64,000 nt of DNA from Candidatus Dormiibacterota bacterium (GTDB taxonomy: Bacteria > Chloroflexota > Dormibacteria > Aeolococcales > Aeolococcaceae). The notes under the pieces were generated by a model. It saw nothing but the letters and a program-made list of their open reading frames with translations. It was not told the origin of the DNA and did no database searches. The stretch is taken from NCBI GenBank assembly GCA_963697085.1, contig CAVOMR010000002.1:336070-400069 (forward strand), written 5' to 3'. Positions within the stretch are counted from its first letter, which is position 1; the number at the start of each line of letters is the position of its first letter. Positions 45,712-54,748 of this stretch are shown piece after piece. The translations under genes and the position numbers were made by a program.

Positions 45712-45996
45712 ATGGCGATGGGCCAATGTGATGCAGAAGACCTCGAACGCGACGATCTCGGCGTCTCTCTGATCGGGAGAGCGCGTGGCCTAGAAACTCG
45801 ACCGCATCGCAGCATGTTGCCGCTTCGGGAAGCGTCCTGTGGACGGCACCGCGTCGACGATGGGCCCAGTTGGAGGCTACCCCAGCTCTGGGAAGAGCCA
45901 CGTGGCGGACAGGCGGCGGAATCCTCGACCGCTCCGGTTATGCCCCCAGGTCTGCCCGCGTACAAACGAACCTGGCACCAGATGGCGCTTCTTTAG
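45712..45996 (+). CDS. Possible small ORF (94 aa) with strong SD
   Basis: GAAGGAGGG at 45701..45709, then ATG at 45712. The composition is not convincing. Confidence 0.25.
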   Translation: MAMGQCDAEDLERDDLGVSLIGRARGLETRPHRSMLPLREASCGRHRVDDGPSWRLPQLWEEPRGGQAAESSTAPVMPPGLPAYKRTWHQMALL

Positions 45997-46312
45997 CGGA
46001 CGGGTGATGAAGCGCGACGGCTCATCAGAGTGCGCCAGGGACGACGACATGTCGTTCGACCGACACGGATACGGCGCACTCGACGTTCGATGAAGAGATG
46101 GTGTGGCACAAGCGAAGGAACCGCGTCAACGGCGACCAGCAGCCCACCACTGGACGCAGTACCTCTTCGAAACGCGGCCCGTGAATGGCAGTATCTCGCG
46201 CGCGACCGCACCCGCATTTGACTGAGTCTCGGACTCCAGCACTCAGCCGGCGCAGCGAGGTCGCTCCTCTTCAGCGTTGACACTGGGGTCGCCAAGTACC
46301 GAGTTGTGACTA

Positions 46313-47350
46313 CTATTCGCGTGGGCGACTTCCTCGCTCATGCTTGCGGCGATACATCGCATGATCCGCGGAACGCAGCAAGGTGTGTATGTCAGCGCCG
46401 TCGTGGGGATAGGTGGCGACTCCGATGGTCGCACCGACCGACACTGTCTTGCCGTCAAACGCGAGCACCTGGCATAGCTTGGACTCCAGCTTCCGAGCGA
46501 TGTCGGAGGCTCTATTGACGCCGATTCCGGCCAGAAGAACCGTGAATTCATCGCCGCCCTGACGCGCGACCGTATCGGACTCCCGAACAGACTTCACCAA
46601 GCGCTCTGCGACTTGCTGCAAGACGACGTCGCCGCCGTCATGGCCGAGGCTATCGTTGACCGCCTTGAAGCCGTCGAGATCGATCGCCAAGATCGCAAAC
46701 GGTTGTGCGGTACGCTTCGATACGAGTACGGCCTGTCGAATACGGTCGTACAGCAACAAACGGTTGGGCAAGCCCGTAAGCGGGTCGTGCAAAGCCTGAT
46801 GCAGGAGCGCCTCGCGCTCCGATGCGAGTTCTTGACTCAGTTCCGCCATTCGGCGATCGAAGGCTCGAGCCACCTGCACCAGGCTTGCGTCGCAGCTGAG
46901 GCGAACAGCGCGCAGGGCGTCGTTGAGCAGTTCCCGCGGCGCACAGAGGCGATCGGCTTCGTCGCGCAGGATTTCGCCGATGGTGTCTCGCCAGATCAGG
47001 TAGGCCCGCGTGATGTTCACCGTGGACTGCTGCAAGGACGCGGCAAGATCCCCTCTCTCAGCGATGTACTGCATCTCGGCGGCCGAAACTGGAATGCCGT
47101 ATGCAATCCAGCGGGCGGTGATCACGGTGGCCAACCAGTTAACTCCACGTGACCGCTCGATGTATTTCGCGTCAGGAAGGCGACCTGCCCAGCCGTAGGT
47201 GGTGGCGCGCGCGTAACAGAGATCGCAGCACTCCTCCGCGCGCAGCCCGAGGGCGAGCCCCAAGGCAAGACCGGCCTCGGAGTTCGGACGGGACGTTTCG
47301 TGGGAGAGCGGTCCTTCGGAGGGACGAACGGTTTCTTGCAGCGGCTGCAT
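46313..47350 (-). CDS. Diguanylate cyclase (canonical GGDEF with RxxD I-site) with unknown N-terminal sensor domain
   Basis: 345 aa. HDPLTGLPNR...DLDGFKAVNDSLGHDGGD...RESDTVARQGGDEFTVLL. Confidence 0.9.
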   Translation of the reverse strand: MQPLQETVRPSEGPLSHETSRPNSEAGLALGLALGLRAEECCDLCYARATTYGWAGRLPDAKYIERSRGVNWLATVITARWIAYGIPVSAAEMQYIAERGDLAASLQQSTVNITRAYLIWRDTIGEILRDEADRLCAPRELLNDALRAVRLSCDASLVQVARAFDRRMAELSQELASEREALLHQALHDPLTGLPNRLLLYDRIRQAVLVSKRTAQPFAILAIDLDGFKAVNDSLGHDGGDVVLQQVAERLVKSVRESDTVARQGGDEFTVLLAGIGVNRASDIARKLESKLCQVLAFDGKTVSVGATIGVATYPHDGADIHTLLRSADHAMYRRKHERGSRPRE

Positions 47351-47479
47351 GTCCGGATTCCATCCTAGGATTGCCGGATGGCCAACGACGCGATCGTGCC
47401 TACTATGTCACCGTAGTGACGGCTGATCGCGTTGCGAGTTGGCTGTCAGTGCACTCAGCGGCCTCCGTCCGCAACTCGC

Positions 47480-47791
47480 CTACGATCCCGAACACCAGCG
47501 GCATTTCGCCTGCGCCGCCTGATCAGGATGCTCAAGATGCACGCGGTCGAGGGGAGGGAAGACGGTCCTGTCCAAGATGGGTATGAAGATACCCAGGATT
47601 TGCGACTGAGCTTGTTTGCGGGTGACGTGGCCCGCGTAGAGCGCGAACGCCGGCGGGTCCGGATCGTGCACCCAGACGGCTTGGCCCGGTTCCACCGAGC
47701 GGAAATCCTCTGGCTCCACCGTTGGAAAGGGTAGCTCCTTAGCCTGACCGAAGACGTTGGAGGTGGTCCACGGAGGCTTCTCTCGGGTCAC
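47480..47791 (-). CDS. Possible small protein (103 aa)
   Basis: GTG at 47791 within ORF 47480..47932. Sequence VTREKPPWTTSNVFGQAKELPFPTVEPEDF...; ends with CRWC. Confidence 0.3.
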   Translation of the reverse strand: MTREKPPWTTSNVFGQAKELPFPTVEPEDFRSVEPGQAVWVHDPDPPAFALYAGHVTRKQAQSQILGIFIPILDRTVFPPLDRVHLEHPDQAAQAKCRWCSGS

Positions 47792-47805
47792 GTAGGAGAC
47801 AGCCG

Positions 47806-48021
47806 TTAAGTGAACCTGACCCAGGTCAGCTCGTGGCAACGACGACACAGCTCGCGTTCGTTCCCTTGAGGATCTTTGCCTTTCCCAGGAACGGCGTTGC
47901 TGTCGCGCAGCACTCTCCGACCGTACTCGCATGCGGCTTGGTCGTGGTAGACGAAGTGCTCCCGGGACTGGTAGCTGGGTGCAGTTGTATCCGCGTGGAA
48001 AGGAGCTACCCGAGCGGTCAT
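47806..48021 (-). CDS. Small protein (71 aa) with YHDxxxC...CxxC pattern
   Basis: ATG at 48021. HFVYHDQAACEYGRRVLRDSNAVPGKGKDPQGNERELCRRCHEL resembles a small-protein family that I recall only loosely. Confidence 0.4.
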   Translation of the reverse strand: MTARVAPFHADTTAPSYQSREHFVYHDQAACEYGRRVLRDSNAVPGKGKDPQGNERELCRRCHELTWVRFT

Positions 48022-48183
48022 CGGCTCAGACCCATTCGTAAGCGATTCGCTCGATGACTGTACGCCGTTGACGGCGGCGAATTGGAGAGAGTTCTGGCAC
48101 CGTCCCCGTAGGAGACTTAGAGGAGATGTCCTGCCCGCGATCCCTCCCACGATGCACCGCCTCCGGCTAGGAACCGGGTCATC

Positions 48184-48405
48184 TCAGCGCCTGAAGCGGG
48201 ACGGCACGGCTGCCCACATCCGGAGCGTCAACCACAGAGGAAAGCTGGCAGCTGCAGTCGACGCCAGGACCACGATCGCAACGCCATCGTGTTTCGCCAG
48301 CCATTGGGTGATCTCACTCCGGTCGACGGCGGCTGCGGTGGCCAACAGCAAGGCAACGAATAGCACCAGCAGTGTGGCAAGCGCCAGCCAGAATCGCCTC
48401 GGCAT
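48184..48405 (-). CDS. Small membrane protein (73 aa, 2 TM)
   Basis: ATG at 48405. MPRRFWLALATLLVLFVALLLATAAAV... Confidence 0.4.
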   Translation of the reverse strand: MPRRFWLALATLLVLFVALLLATAAAVDRSEITQWLAKHDGVAIVVLASTAAASFPLWLTLRMWAAVPSRFRR

Positions 48406-48585
48406 CACCGAATCCCCCGCGCGCAGTGCTGAGCATGATGCGCTTCTCGGGGCGGTCACATGAGGGAGCCAGGGGACGCGTGGAGCGGCAGCCGATTCAG
48501 CTAGAAGACGCCGCACGTCCGCCTCTGGGTGAATCAACCGACGTGACATCAGCGCTCGCACCGTGCTGCGCCACGCTCGACCGAC

Positions 48586-48608
48586 GCCTCGGAGTCCGGC
48601 TCCGAGGC
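48586..48608 (-). terminator. Perfect 9-bp hairpin (GCCTCGGAG-5nt-CTCCGAGGC) just downstream of acs
   Basis: Read directly from the sequence, 17 nt after the acs stop codon. Confidence 0.55.
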
Positions 48609-48624
48609 GCCTTGTGACGTCGCG

Positions 48625-50733
48625 TTACTCAACGCTTCCGAAGGCCTTGATCTCCTCGAGTTCTTGTGGCGACAACTCGCGCGGTTGATCACCTTTCGCC
48701 ACCTTCTCGGTCTGGACCTGGTGGCGGATACTCTCGACGATCTCAGGATTGGCCAGCGTCGTCACGTCCCCAACCTCGGTGAAGTTGGAGATCGACGCGA
48801 TCACTCGCCGCATGATCTTTCCAGACCGAGTCTTGGGCATGTCGGGGACGATCCACACATTGTGCGGACGCGCGATCTTGCCGATCTCACGATCGATCGC
48901 CTCGACGATCTTCTTCTTGATTTCGTCGCTCGGTTGCACACCCGGCTTCAGTGCCACGTACATTTCCACCGCGCGACCGCGAAGATCGTCAATAACCGGA
49001 ACCGCCGCCGCTTCGGCGATCTCATCAACCGTCAGGCACGCAGACTCGAGCTCCTTGGTTCCCAATCGGTGCCCGGCCACGTTGATCACGTCGTCGACAC
49101 GACCAAGGATCCTTATGTAGCCATCCGGTGCCTGGACGGCGCCATCACCCGCGAGGTACGGCCAGTCGCGCCAGTCCTTGCTCTCCGGGTCCCGGCAATA
49201 CTTCTTGAAGTAGGTGTCCACGAAACGCTCAGGCTGCCCCCAGATTGTCTGGAAGATGCCCGGCCACGGGTTGCGAATGCAGATGTTGCCTGCGCGACCG
49301 CTCCCTGGCTCAACGACGTTGCGATTCTCGTCGTAGATGACGGGGTAGATGCCGAGGACCCCTGGTCCGCAACTGCCGGGCTTCATCTGGTCGATCGCGG
49401 GAAGCGTGCTGCCGAGGAATCCCCCGTTCTCGGTCTGCCACCACGTGTCCACGATGACCGCCTCGCCCTTGCCGACGACGCGGTGATACCAGCGCCACAC
49501 CTCCGGTTCGATGGGCTCACCGACCGTCGTCATGTGCTTGAAGTGGTAGTCGTATTTCGCCGGCTCGTCAGGACCAAACTTGCGAAGCATCCGGATCGTG
49601 GTCGGCGCTGTGTGGAAGATATTCACACCGAGACGCTCGGCAATCCTCCAAGGACGCCCGGGATCGGGATAGAGAGGCACCCCCTCGTACATCACGCTTG
49701 TTGTCCCCAGCGACAGCGGCCCGTACACGATGTACGAATGACCGGTGATCCACCCGATGTCCGCGAAGCACCAATACGTGTCCTCGGGATGAATGTCCTG
49801 ATAGTACTTTGACGTCCCAGTGACGTAGGAGAGATATCCGCCAGTGCTGTGGACGCAACCTTTCGGACGCCCGGTGGTCCCGCTGGTGTACATCATGAAG
49901 AGGGGTGCTTCAGCCGGCATCGACACCGGCTCGACCATCTTGCCCGCATAGTCCTTCAGAAGATCGTCGACGAAGAAGTCGCGGCCCTCGACCATGGGCG
50001 TCTTGGAGCTGTACTGACCCGGGTGGCGCCGCCACACGAGCACCTTTTCCACCTCGACACCCTGCTCGCGGGCGACCGCTATCGCCTCATCGGCTTTGGC
50101 CTTATGGTCGATCAGCTCGCCGTTGCGGTAGTACCCATCCATGGTCACCAGGATGGTGCTCCCGCAGTCGGCCATCCGGCCCCCACACGCCGTCCCACTG
50201 AACCCGCCGAACACCTGGTTGTGGATGACCCCGAGGCGGGCGCAGGCGAGCATCGAAACCGGCAGATCCGGGACCATGGGCATATGGAAGGTGACACGGT
50301 CGCCGACCTTGACACCGCCGAAACCGCGCAGGAGCGCAGCAAACTCGTTGACCCGCTTGTAGAGCTCCTGGTAGGTGATCGCCTTGGTCTCCTCGGCTTC
50401 TGGCTCCGGGACCCAAATCAGCGCCGCCTTGTTGCGTGACTTCGCGAGGTGACGATCGATGCAGTTGACGCTGGCATTCAGCCGACCGCCAACGAACCAT
50501 TTCCAGAATGGCGGATTGCTCGTGTCTAACGTGGTGTGCCAGTACTTGTCCCACGTGAGCAGGTCCGCATACTCCTTGAAGCACTCCGGGAAGTTCTCTT
50601 CACGGAAGCGCTCGCGGATGCTGGGGTCGCTGGCGTTCGCCTGGCCAATAAACTTCGGCGGGGGGGCGAAGTAGTCCTCCTCCCGCCAGTGGACCGCAAT
50701 CTGAGCCTCATTGACCTGCACTTCCACTGCCAT
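48625..50733 (-). CDS. acs: Acetyl-CoA synthetase (AMP-forming acetate-CoA ligase), long 702-aa form
   Basis: VNCIDRHL, YTSGTTGRPKGCVHSTGGYL, ADIGWITGHSY, TRSGKIMRR. About 40 extra C-terminal residues relative to E. coli Acs, as recalled. Confidence 0.9.
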   Translation of the reverse strand: MAVEVQVNEAQIAVHWREEDYFAPPPKFIGQANASDPSIRERFREENFPECFKEYADLLTWDKYWHTTLDTSNPPFWKWFVGGRLNASVNCIDRHLAKSRNKAALIWVPEPEAEETKAITYQELYKRVNEFAALLRGFGGVKVGDRVTFHMPMVPDLPVSMLACARLGVIHNQVFGGFSGTACGGRMADCGSTILVTMDGYYRNGELIDHKAKADEAIAVAREQGVEVEKVLVWRRHPGQYSSKTPMVEGRDFFVDDLLKDYAGKMVEPVSMPAEAPLFMMYTSGTTGRPKGCVHSTGGYLSYVTGTSKYYQDIHPEDTYWCFADIGWITGHSYIVYGPLSLGTTSVMYEGVPLYPDPGRPWRIAERLGVNIFHTAPTTIRMLRKFGPDEPAKYDYHFKHMTTVGEPIEPEVWRWYHRVVGKGEAVIVDTWWQTENGGFLGSTLPAIDQMKPGSCGPGVLGIYPVIYDENRNVVEPGSGRAGNICIRNPWPGIFQTIWGQPERFVDTYFKKYCRDPESKDWRDWPYLAGDGAVQAPDGYIRILGRVDDVINVAGHRLGTKELESACLTVDEIAEAAAVPVIDDLRGRAVEMYVALKPGVQPSDEIKKKIVEAIDREIGKIARPHNVWIVPDMPKTRSGKIMRRVIASISNFTEVGDVTTLANPEIVESIRHQVQTEKVAKGDQPRELSPQELEEIKAFGSVE

Positions 50734-50795
50734 TGGCCGACCTCCGACTTACCGCTGGAATCGCACAAGCTCCATCCCAAGTGACCGCACTCACT

Positions 50796-51269
50796 CTAGC
50801 CCTCTCCGAGCAGGCTTGCAGAGACCGCGAACTCCCGCAGGTCGGCAGCCATCGTCGCCTGGTCGGTCAAGGCCCTGAGGTCTCCGCGGGCCAGCGATTC
50901 TCGGCAAAGACCGCGCACGAGGTTGAGGGCATGCATGGCCACGGAGGGTAGCGCGTCAAAAGACACTGTTTCCGTTTGGAGCCGCAACCGCGCGAACTCA
51001 CCTGCAGATTCGTCGCTTGGGGCACTGGCCTGCAGCAGCATCAGCCGGAGGGTCAGCTCCCCGATGATGTACTGCTGGGTCATTTCGACCATTCCCGCTC
51101 TTAGCCCGAGCTCCGGGAACCACGCCGTGCCAGGCGTGATTCGGTCGAGCATATGGTGCGCCCGCTCGCCGACGTGGTCAAGCGGAATTGACGCGACATG
51201 GACAACGATCAGGAGCTCGAGCGGGTTCGCTCCCGGGCCCCGGCGCCGTGCACAGCCTCCAGTGCACAT
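50796..51269 (-). CDS. Hypothetical protein
   Basis: 157-aa ORF (an alternative start is ATG 51152). No family recognised. Confidence 0.4.
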   Translation of the reverse strand: MCTGGCARRRGPGANPLELLIVVHVASIPLDHVGERAHHMLDRITPGTAWFPELGLRAGMVEMTQQYIIGELTLRLMLLQASAPSDESAGEFARLRLQTETVSFDALPSVAMHALNLVRGLCRESLARGDLRALTDQATMAADLREFAVSASLLGEG

Positions 51270-51433
51270 GAGTAGTCCTCAAGGTCTGCTTGAGCGACGA
51301 CCTGAGTTTGGAGAAAGTCATCCGCAACCGGACCCACTATTGCTGTGCTGCGCTGACACCTCCGCCACATGACATCGCCTCAGTCTCAACGCACCCCCCG
51401 GGGCGGTGGCGGCCGATCCACGCCTGTTGGCGG

Positions 51434-52105
51434 CTACCAGGGATCTCGGCGCTGCCTTGCCGCCATGACAGCGTCCTCAAGTGCCTCGAGGATGCCGTCG
51501 TAGAAGCGACTCCGCGCGTCGTGGTCAGCGGCCGCGTCACCGCTCTGACCGCGGCGGCGGCCCAGGATCCAGGGTGGCTTGACCGCGAGAATCGCCTTGC
51601 CGTCGTAGGTGACATGGACGACGCAGTCGTCAGCCTCGAGAACGGTGATGCCGACCGAGCAGTCGACCCCGAGCGGGGAGATCACCTTCCATGAGCGCCC
51701 CCAGGATCTGTCGCGCGGCAGGCCGCCGATGACCATGCTCGAGACATTCATCGTCTGACCTGGAAAGCCGGTCGTGAGGAGCGTTCGAATCGATGCGTCG
51801 AGGTCGCGCGCTACCCAGTGGGCGAGCGAAGGAGCGCGATTGTCAAGATCGGGCAGCGGGACCTGTGCATGCCCCTCGCCGACCGCTTCGATGATCCCAG
51901 CATGTCGCCGGCAATAAATGGCATTGAAGACCACGTGCCGATGGTCGTCGCACCACACGGTTGGACAGAGTCGACGCCTTCGATCAACGTAAGCGCAGGG
52001 TGCGATCTCTGCTGAGGAACATCCTTGAAAGGAGCACTCGTCCGCATCGGTCGAGGGCACGGAAGGTGGCGGCAAGGCGCCGTCCGATAACCCCATCGGC
52101 GCCAT
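51434..52105 (-). CDS. Hypothetical protein with Cys/His-rich N-terminus
   Basis: ATG at 52105. ECSFQGCSSAEIAPCAYVDRRRRLCPTVWCDDHRHVVFNAIYCRRH. Confidence 0.45.
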   Translation of the reverse strand: MAPMGLSDGALPPPSVPSTDADECSFQGCSSAEIAPCAYVDRRRRLCPTVWCDDHRHVVFNAIYCRRHAGIIEAVGEGHAQVPLPDLDNRAPSLAHWVARDLDASIRTLLTTGFPGQTMNVSSMVIGGLPRDRSWGRSWKVISPLGVDCSVGITVLEADDCVVHVTYDGKAILAVKPPWILGRRRGQSGDAAADHDARSRFYDGILEALEDAVMAARQRRDPW

Positions 52106-52410
52106 GGTGTGCTTTGCAGCGCCCGCCCGCAAGCGGCATCGCGTCCAGTGAGAACAACGGCACAAGCGCCCAGTTGCCGCCGCGGCGGGTGAGTGGCCCG
52201 GAGAACGCCCTTCTGGGGCGCCGAATGGGTCTGTGCGCCGTCCCCCAGATATGCCGGACTGACAAATGGAGACTGCCCGAGTGGCTCGCCCCGCGGTCAT
52301 GCCGGAGGTCGTCGCCTGTCATTGCAGTCGCCTCCATTGAGCACTATTGACGCGCGAGGGCCCGTACATAGAGACTTCGCAACCGCCGACCACCATGGAG
52401 GACCCGTTTG

Positions 52411-52800
52411 ATGCCAGGCGAACTGAATAGTGTCGCAACCGACTTCTTCGCGGCGCTCGATGCCTTGGATGCTGACCGGATGAGGCAGATGTTGACTGAG
52501 GACGTCCAGAGTGTCGACGAGGGCTCGCGACGCTGGCTGCGAGGCAGAGGCGTCGTAGACGATTACCTCCGTGAGCTCATGCCCGAGGTGAGTGATGTGG
52601 AAACGCAACTTCGAGATGCGGAGGAGCGCATTTGGGGAGACACAGGGCTACTGACCTGTTGGATCGATCAGAACTACACGATGCACGGCACGCCGCAGCA
52701 CATCTCGGCTCCGACCACGTTGATCCTCCGTCGCGACGGCGGCGCCTGGAAACTGGTGCTGTGGCATTCAATCCCTCTTCCCGAGCAGGCGGAGCCGTAA
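52411..52800 (+). CDS. SnoaL-like / NTF2-fold (DUF4440-like) protein
   Basis: 129 aa. The family-like pattern ends in ...TLILRRDGGAWKLVLWH. Confidence 0.7.
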   Translation: MPGELNSVATDFFAALDALDADRMRQMLTEDVQSVDEGSRRWLRGRGVVDDYLRELMPEVSDVETQLRDAEERIWGDTGLLTCWIDQNYTMHGTPQHISAPTTLILRRDGGAWKLVLWHSIPLPEQAEP

Positions 52801-53254
52801 CGTTGGTCCCGAAGGCGGGATAACTCGACCCAAAGTGAGCGGGCGAGTGTCGACGCGCGTCGAACTGGATGCGAAAGGCGGAGCGGCACAGCAACGGGGG
52901 GAACCTGGTACTGCTCTGTCGACACCCTCATGAGAGGCGTCTGCGGCGGTTGGCCGCACGCTCAACTCAGGTGCACCAAACCTCGGGTCGGGTTCCGCGC
53001 TTTGCGTCGCAGCCTGAATACACAATCGCTGCTTCCGGGCTCTCAATGGTGGTGCTGAGGGACATCACTCTCTGTCCGCCGGGTGAGTGCCCTCCGAGCA
53101 CCCGGTGTGACGATCCCTCCTCCTGTTCCGCGAGCGTTCGATGCGACCGCTCGTACCATCCCTCGGCCCCCTGACCTCTACAGCCCCGTTGTCATTGACG
53201 GGTTCGAAGCAATCGAGACGCTCGTTCGCCCCCAGGCGTAAAGTGCCTCGCAAT

Positions 53255-53288
53255 CACCCCCATCCGGGGGTGGCTTGCACAGGGGGTG
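53255..53288 (+). promoter_or_regulatory. CACCCCC-ATCC-GGGGGTG hairpin followed by a second GGGGGTG that is the likely SD of the next gene
   Basis: CACCCCC at 53255..53261, GGGGGTG at 53266..53272 and again at 53282..53288. ATG at 53293. Confidence 0.35.
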
Positions 53289-53292
53289 CCAC

Positions 53293-54087
53293 ATGAAGCT
53301 ATTTCGATCGCTATTTGCTCTGGTGGCGACGCTTTCGTTCGTGCTGATTGGTACGGGCACGGCGAGCGCGGGGGGGCCTGCGAGCCTCACATGCTCCGGG
53401 ACGATCACGTCTCCGGGCATCATCGCCGCGGGCACCTACTCGTCCCTCAAGGTCACCGGCCTCTGTCTGATGCCCGGCGGCACCGTGATTGTCCAGCACA
53501 GCGTGACAATTGAAACCGGCGCGGCGCTCCTGGCGAACTATCCCGCAGTCCCGTCGCTGAACCTGCCGGAAGGCGATGCCAACGTCCTGGTGAACGGCGG
53601 TATTTCCGTGGGCAAGAGCGGAACCCTCTTCCTCGGATGCTCGCCCGCCGCCGGTTGCGTGAACACGACGCTGGACGTAGTCAGAGGCAATGTCGTGACC
53701 GATCGGGCACTTGGGATCCGGCTCCACAGTGACGTCATCGGGGGCAATATCGATATCGACGGCGGCGGCGGCGGCGTCAACTGCACCGCCAGCACTCTCT
53801 TCCCGTTTGGGGTCTCCAACGATATTGAGGACAATGTCATGGTCGGCCTGAGTGTCACGGGACTGCGGTCGTGCTGGTTCGGTGAGTTCCGCAACGTGAT
53901 TACGGGCAACGACTATGTGGCGAAGAACATCTTCGCCGACCCGGACGCCACCGAAATCGGCAACAACGAGGTCTTCGGCAACTTGGCGTGCTTCAACAAC
54001 GCGCCCGCTGCTCAATTCGGGGATTCGGGCGCTGGGCCGAACATCGTGATCGGCAAGGCTAAAGGAGAGTGCGCAGCTGTCAGCTAG
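53293..54087 (+). CDS. Secreted protein, probable right-handed beta-helix-like repeats
   Basis: Signal peptide MKLFRSLFALVATLSFVLIGTGTASA. Gly/Asn/Val-rich repeats of about 20 aa. Confidence 0.7.
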   Translation: MKLFRSLFALVATLSFVLIGTGTASAGGPASLTCSGTITSPGIIAAGTYSSLKVTGLCLMPGGTVIVQHSVTIETGAALLANYPAVPSLNLPEGDANVLVNGGISVGKSGTLFLGCSPAAGCVNTTLDVVRGNVVTDRALGIRLHSDVIGGNIDIDGGGGGVNCTASTLFPFGVSNDIEDNVMVGLSVTGLRSCWFGEFRNVITGNDYVAKNIFADPDATEIGNNEVFGNLACFNNAPAAQFGDSGAGPNIVIGKAKGECAAVS

Positions 54088-54111
54088 ACGCCGCCACTTC
54101 ACGGCAGTGAT

Positions 54112-54142
54112 CCGGAGGAGGCCCTCTGCGGGCCTCCTCCGG
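54112..54142 (+). terminator. Perfect 13-bp hairpin CCGGAGGAGGCCC-TCTGC-GGGCCTCCTCCGG
   Basis: Read directly from the sequence, 25 nt after the stop at 54087. Confidence 0.7.
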
Positions 54143-54240
54143 CGCGTGGCCACGACTCCGGGTGCCTGATGGCGAACGGGGTTCGCTCACAGGGGGTGAC
54201 CTCTAGGCAGCGCCGGTCCCTCGTGGTTCGCCGCGTCCTT

Positions 54241-54347
54241 CAGTCGAACCAACTGCCGCTCGCCCATGTCTTCTGAGATCCAAGATCGCATTCGGGATGC
54301 ACTTCATGGGCGGGCTAACGTCTCCTGATTTCCACCACCGTCCAGGA
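54241..54347 (-). repeat. Copy 2 of the ~108-nt imperfect repeat (core 54315..54336)
   Basis: See copy 1. Same orientation, cores 10317 nt apart. Confidence 0.7.
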
Positions 54348-54748
54348 TTCCCACGACGACCGTGAATCCCCGGGCTGCCAGAATGAATCATCGGTCGGGA
54401 GTGTGGGTGACGGGCCTAACCGGGCTGTTGCCGCGTGTACTAAACGTGAATGGAGGGAACCCGTCGCCGAACGGAGCGGTTCAGGTGGCCTGTGACCCCG
54501 TTGGACGCCGCGGAAAGCGTCGGGATTTGGACATAAGGGTCGTTCTCGGTTTTCGAGACTTACCTCTTCCCAAGGGAAGGCGCGCCTAGGAATTTCCTAT
54601 CCGGGGCGCTTCGATGGGTGCGATTGTCCGTCACGCCTCGCAACAAGCAACACCGCCGCCGCCGTTCCACGTATTGAGCGTTCGCAGCAACCTCCGCTCC
54701 CGCGTCGCCTCCGCCGCAGGCCGTCCAGCGGCGCGCCTCAAGGGACAT

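Noticed and set aside
54203-54391. Small ORF in repeat copy 2 (MKCIPNAILDLRRHG..., preceded by AGGAGA) as a real gene family shared with copy 1.
   Set aside because: Copy 1 has ATT in place of the ATG and no alternative start after an in-frame TAA. Differences between the copies are not enriched at third codon positions (about 10, 8 and 6 by hand).
54337-54748. Expected a response-regulator gene or its remnant downstream of histidine kinase 1.
   Set aside because: Hand translation of the minus strand in three frames shows no REC (DD...D...T...K) or LuxR HTH motifs, only junk-like ORFs.
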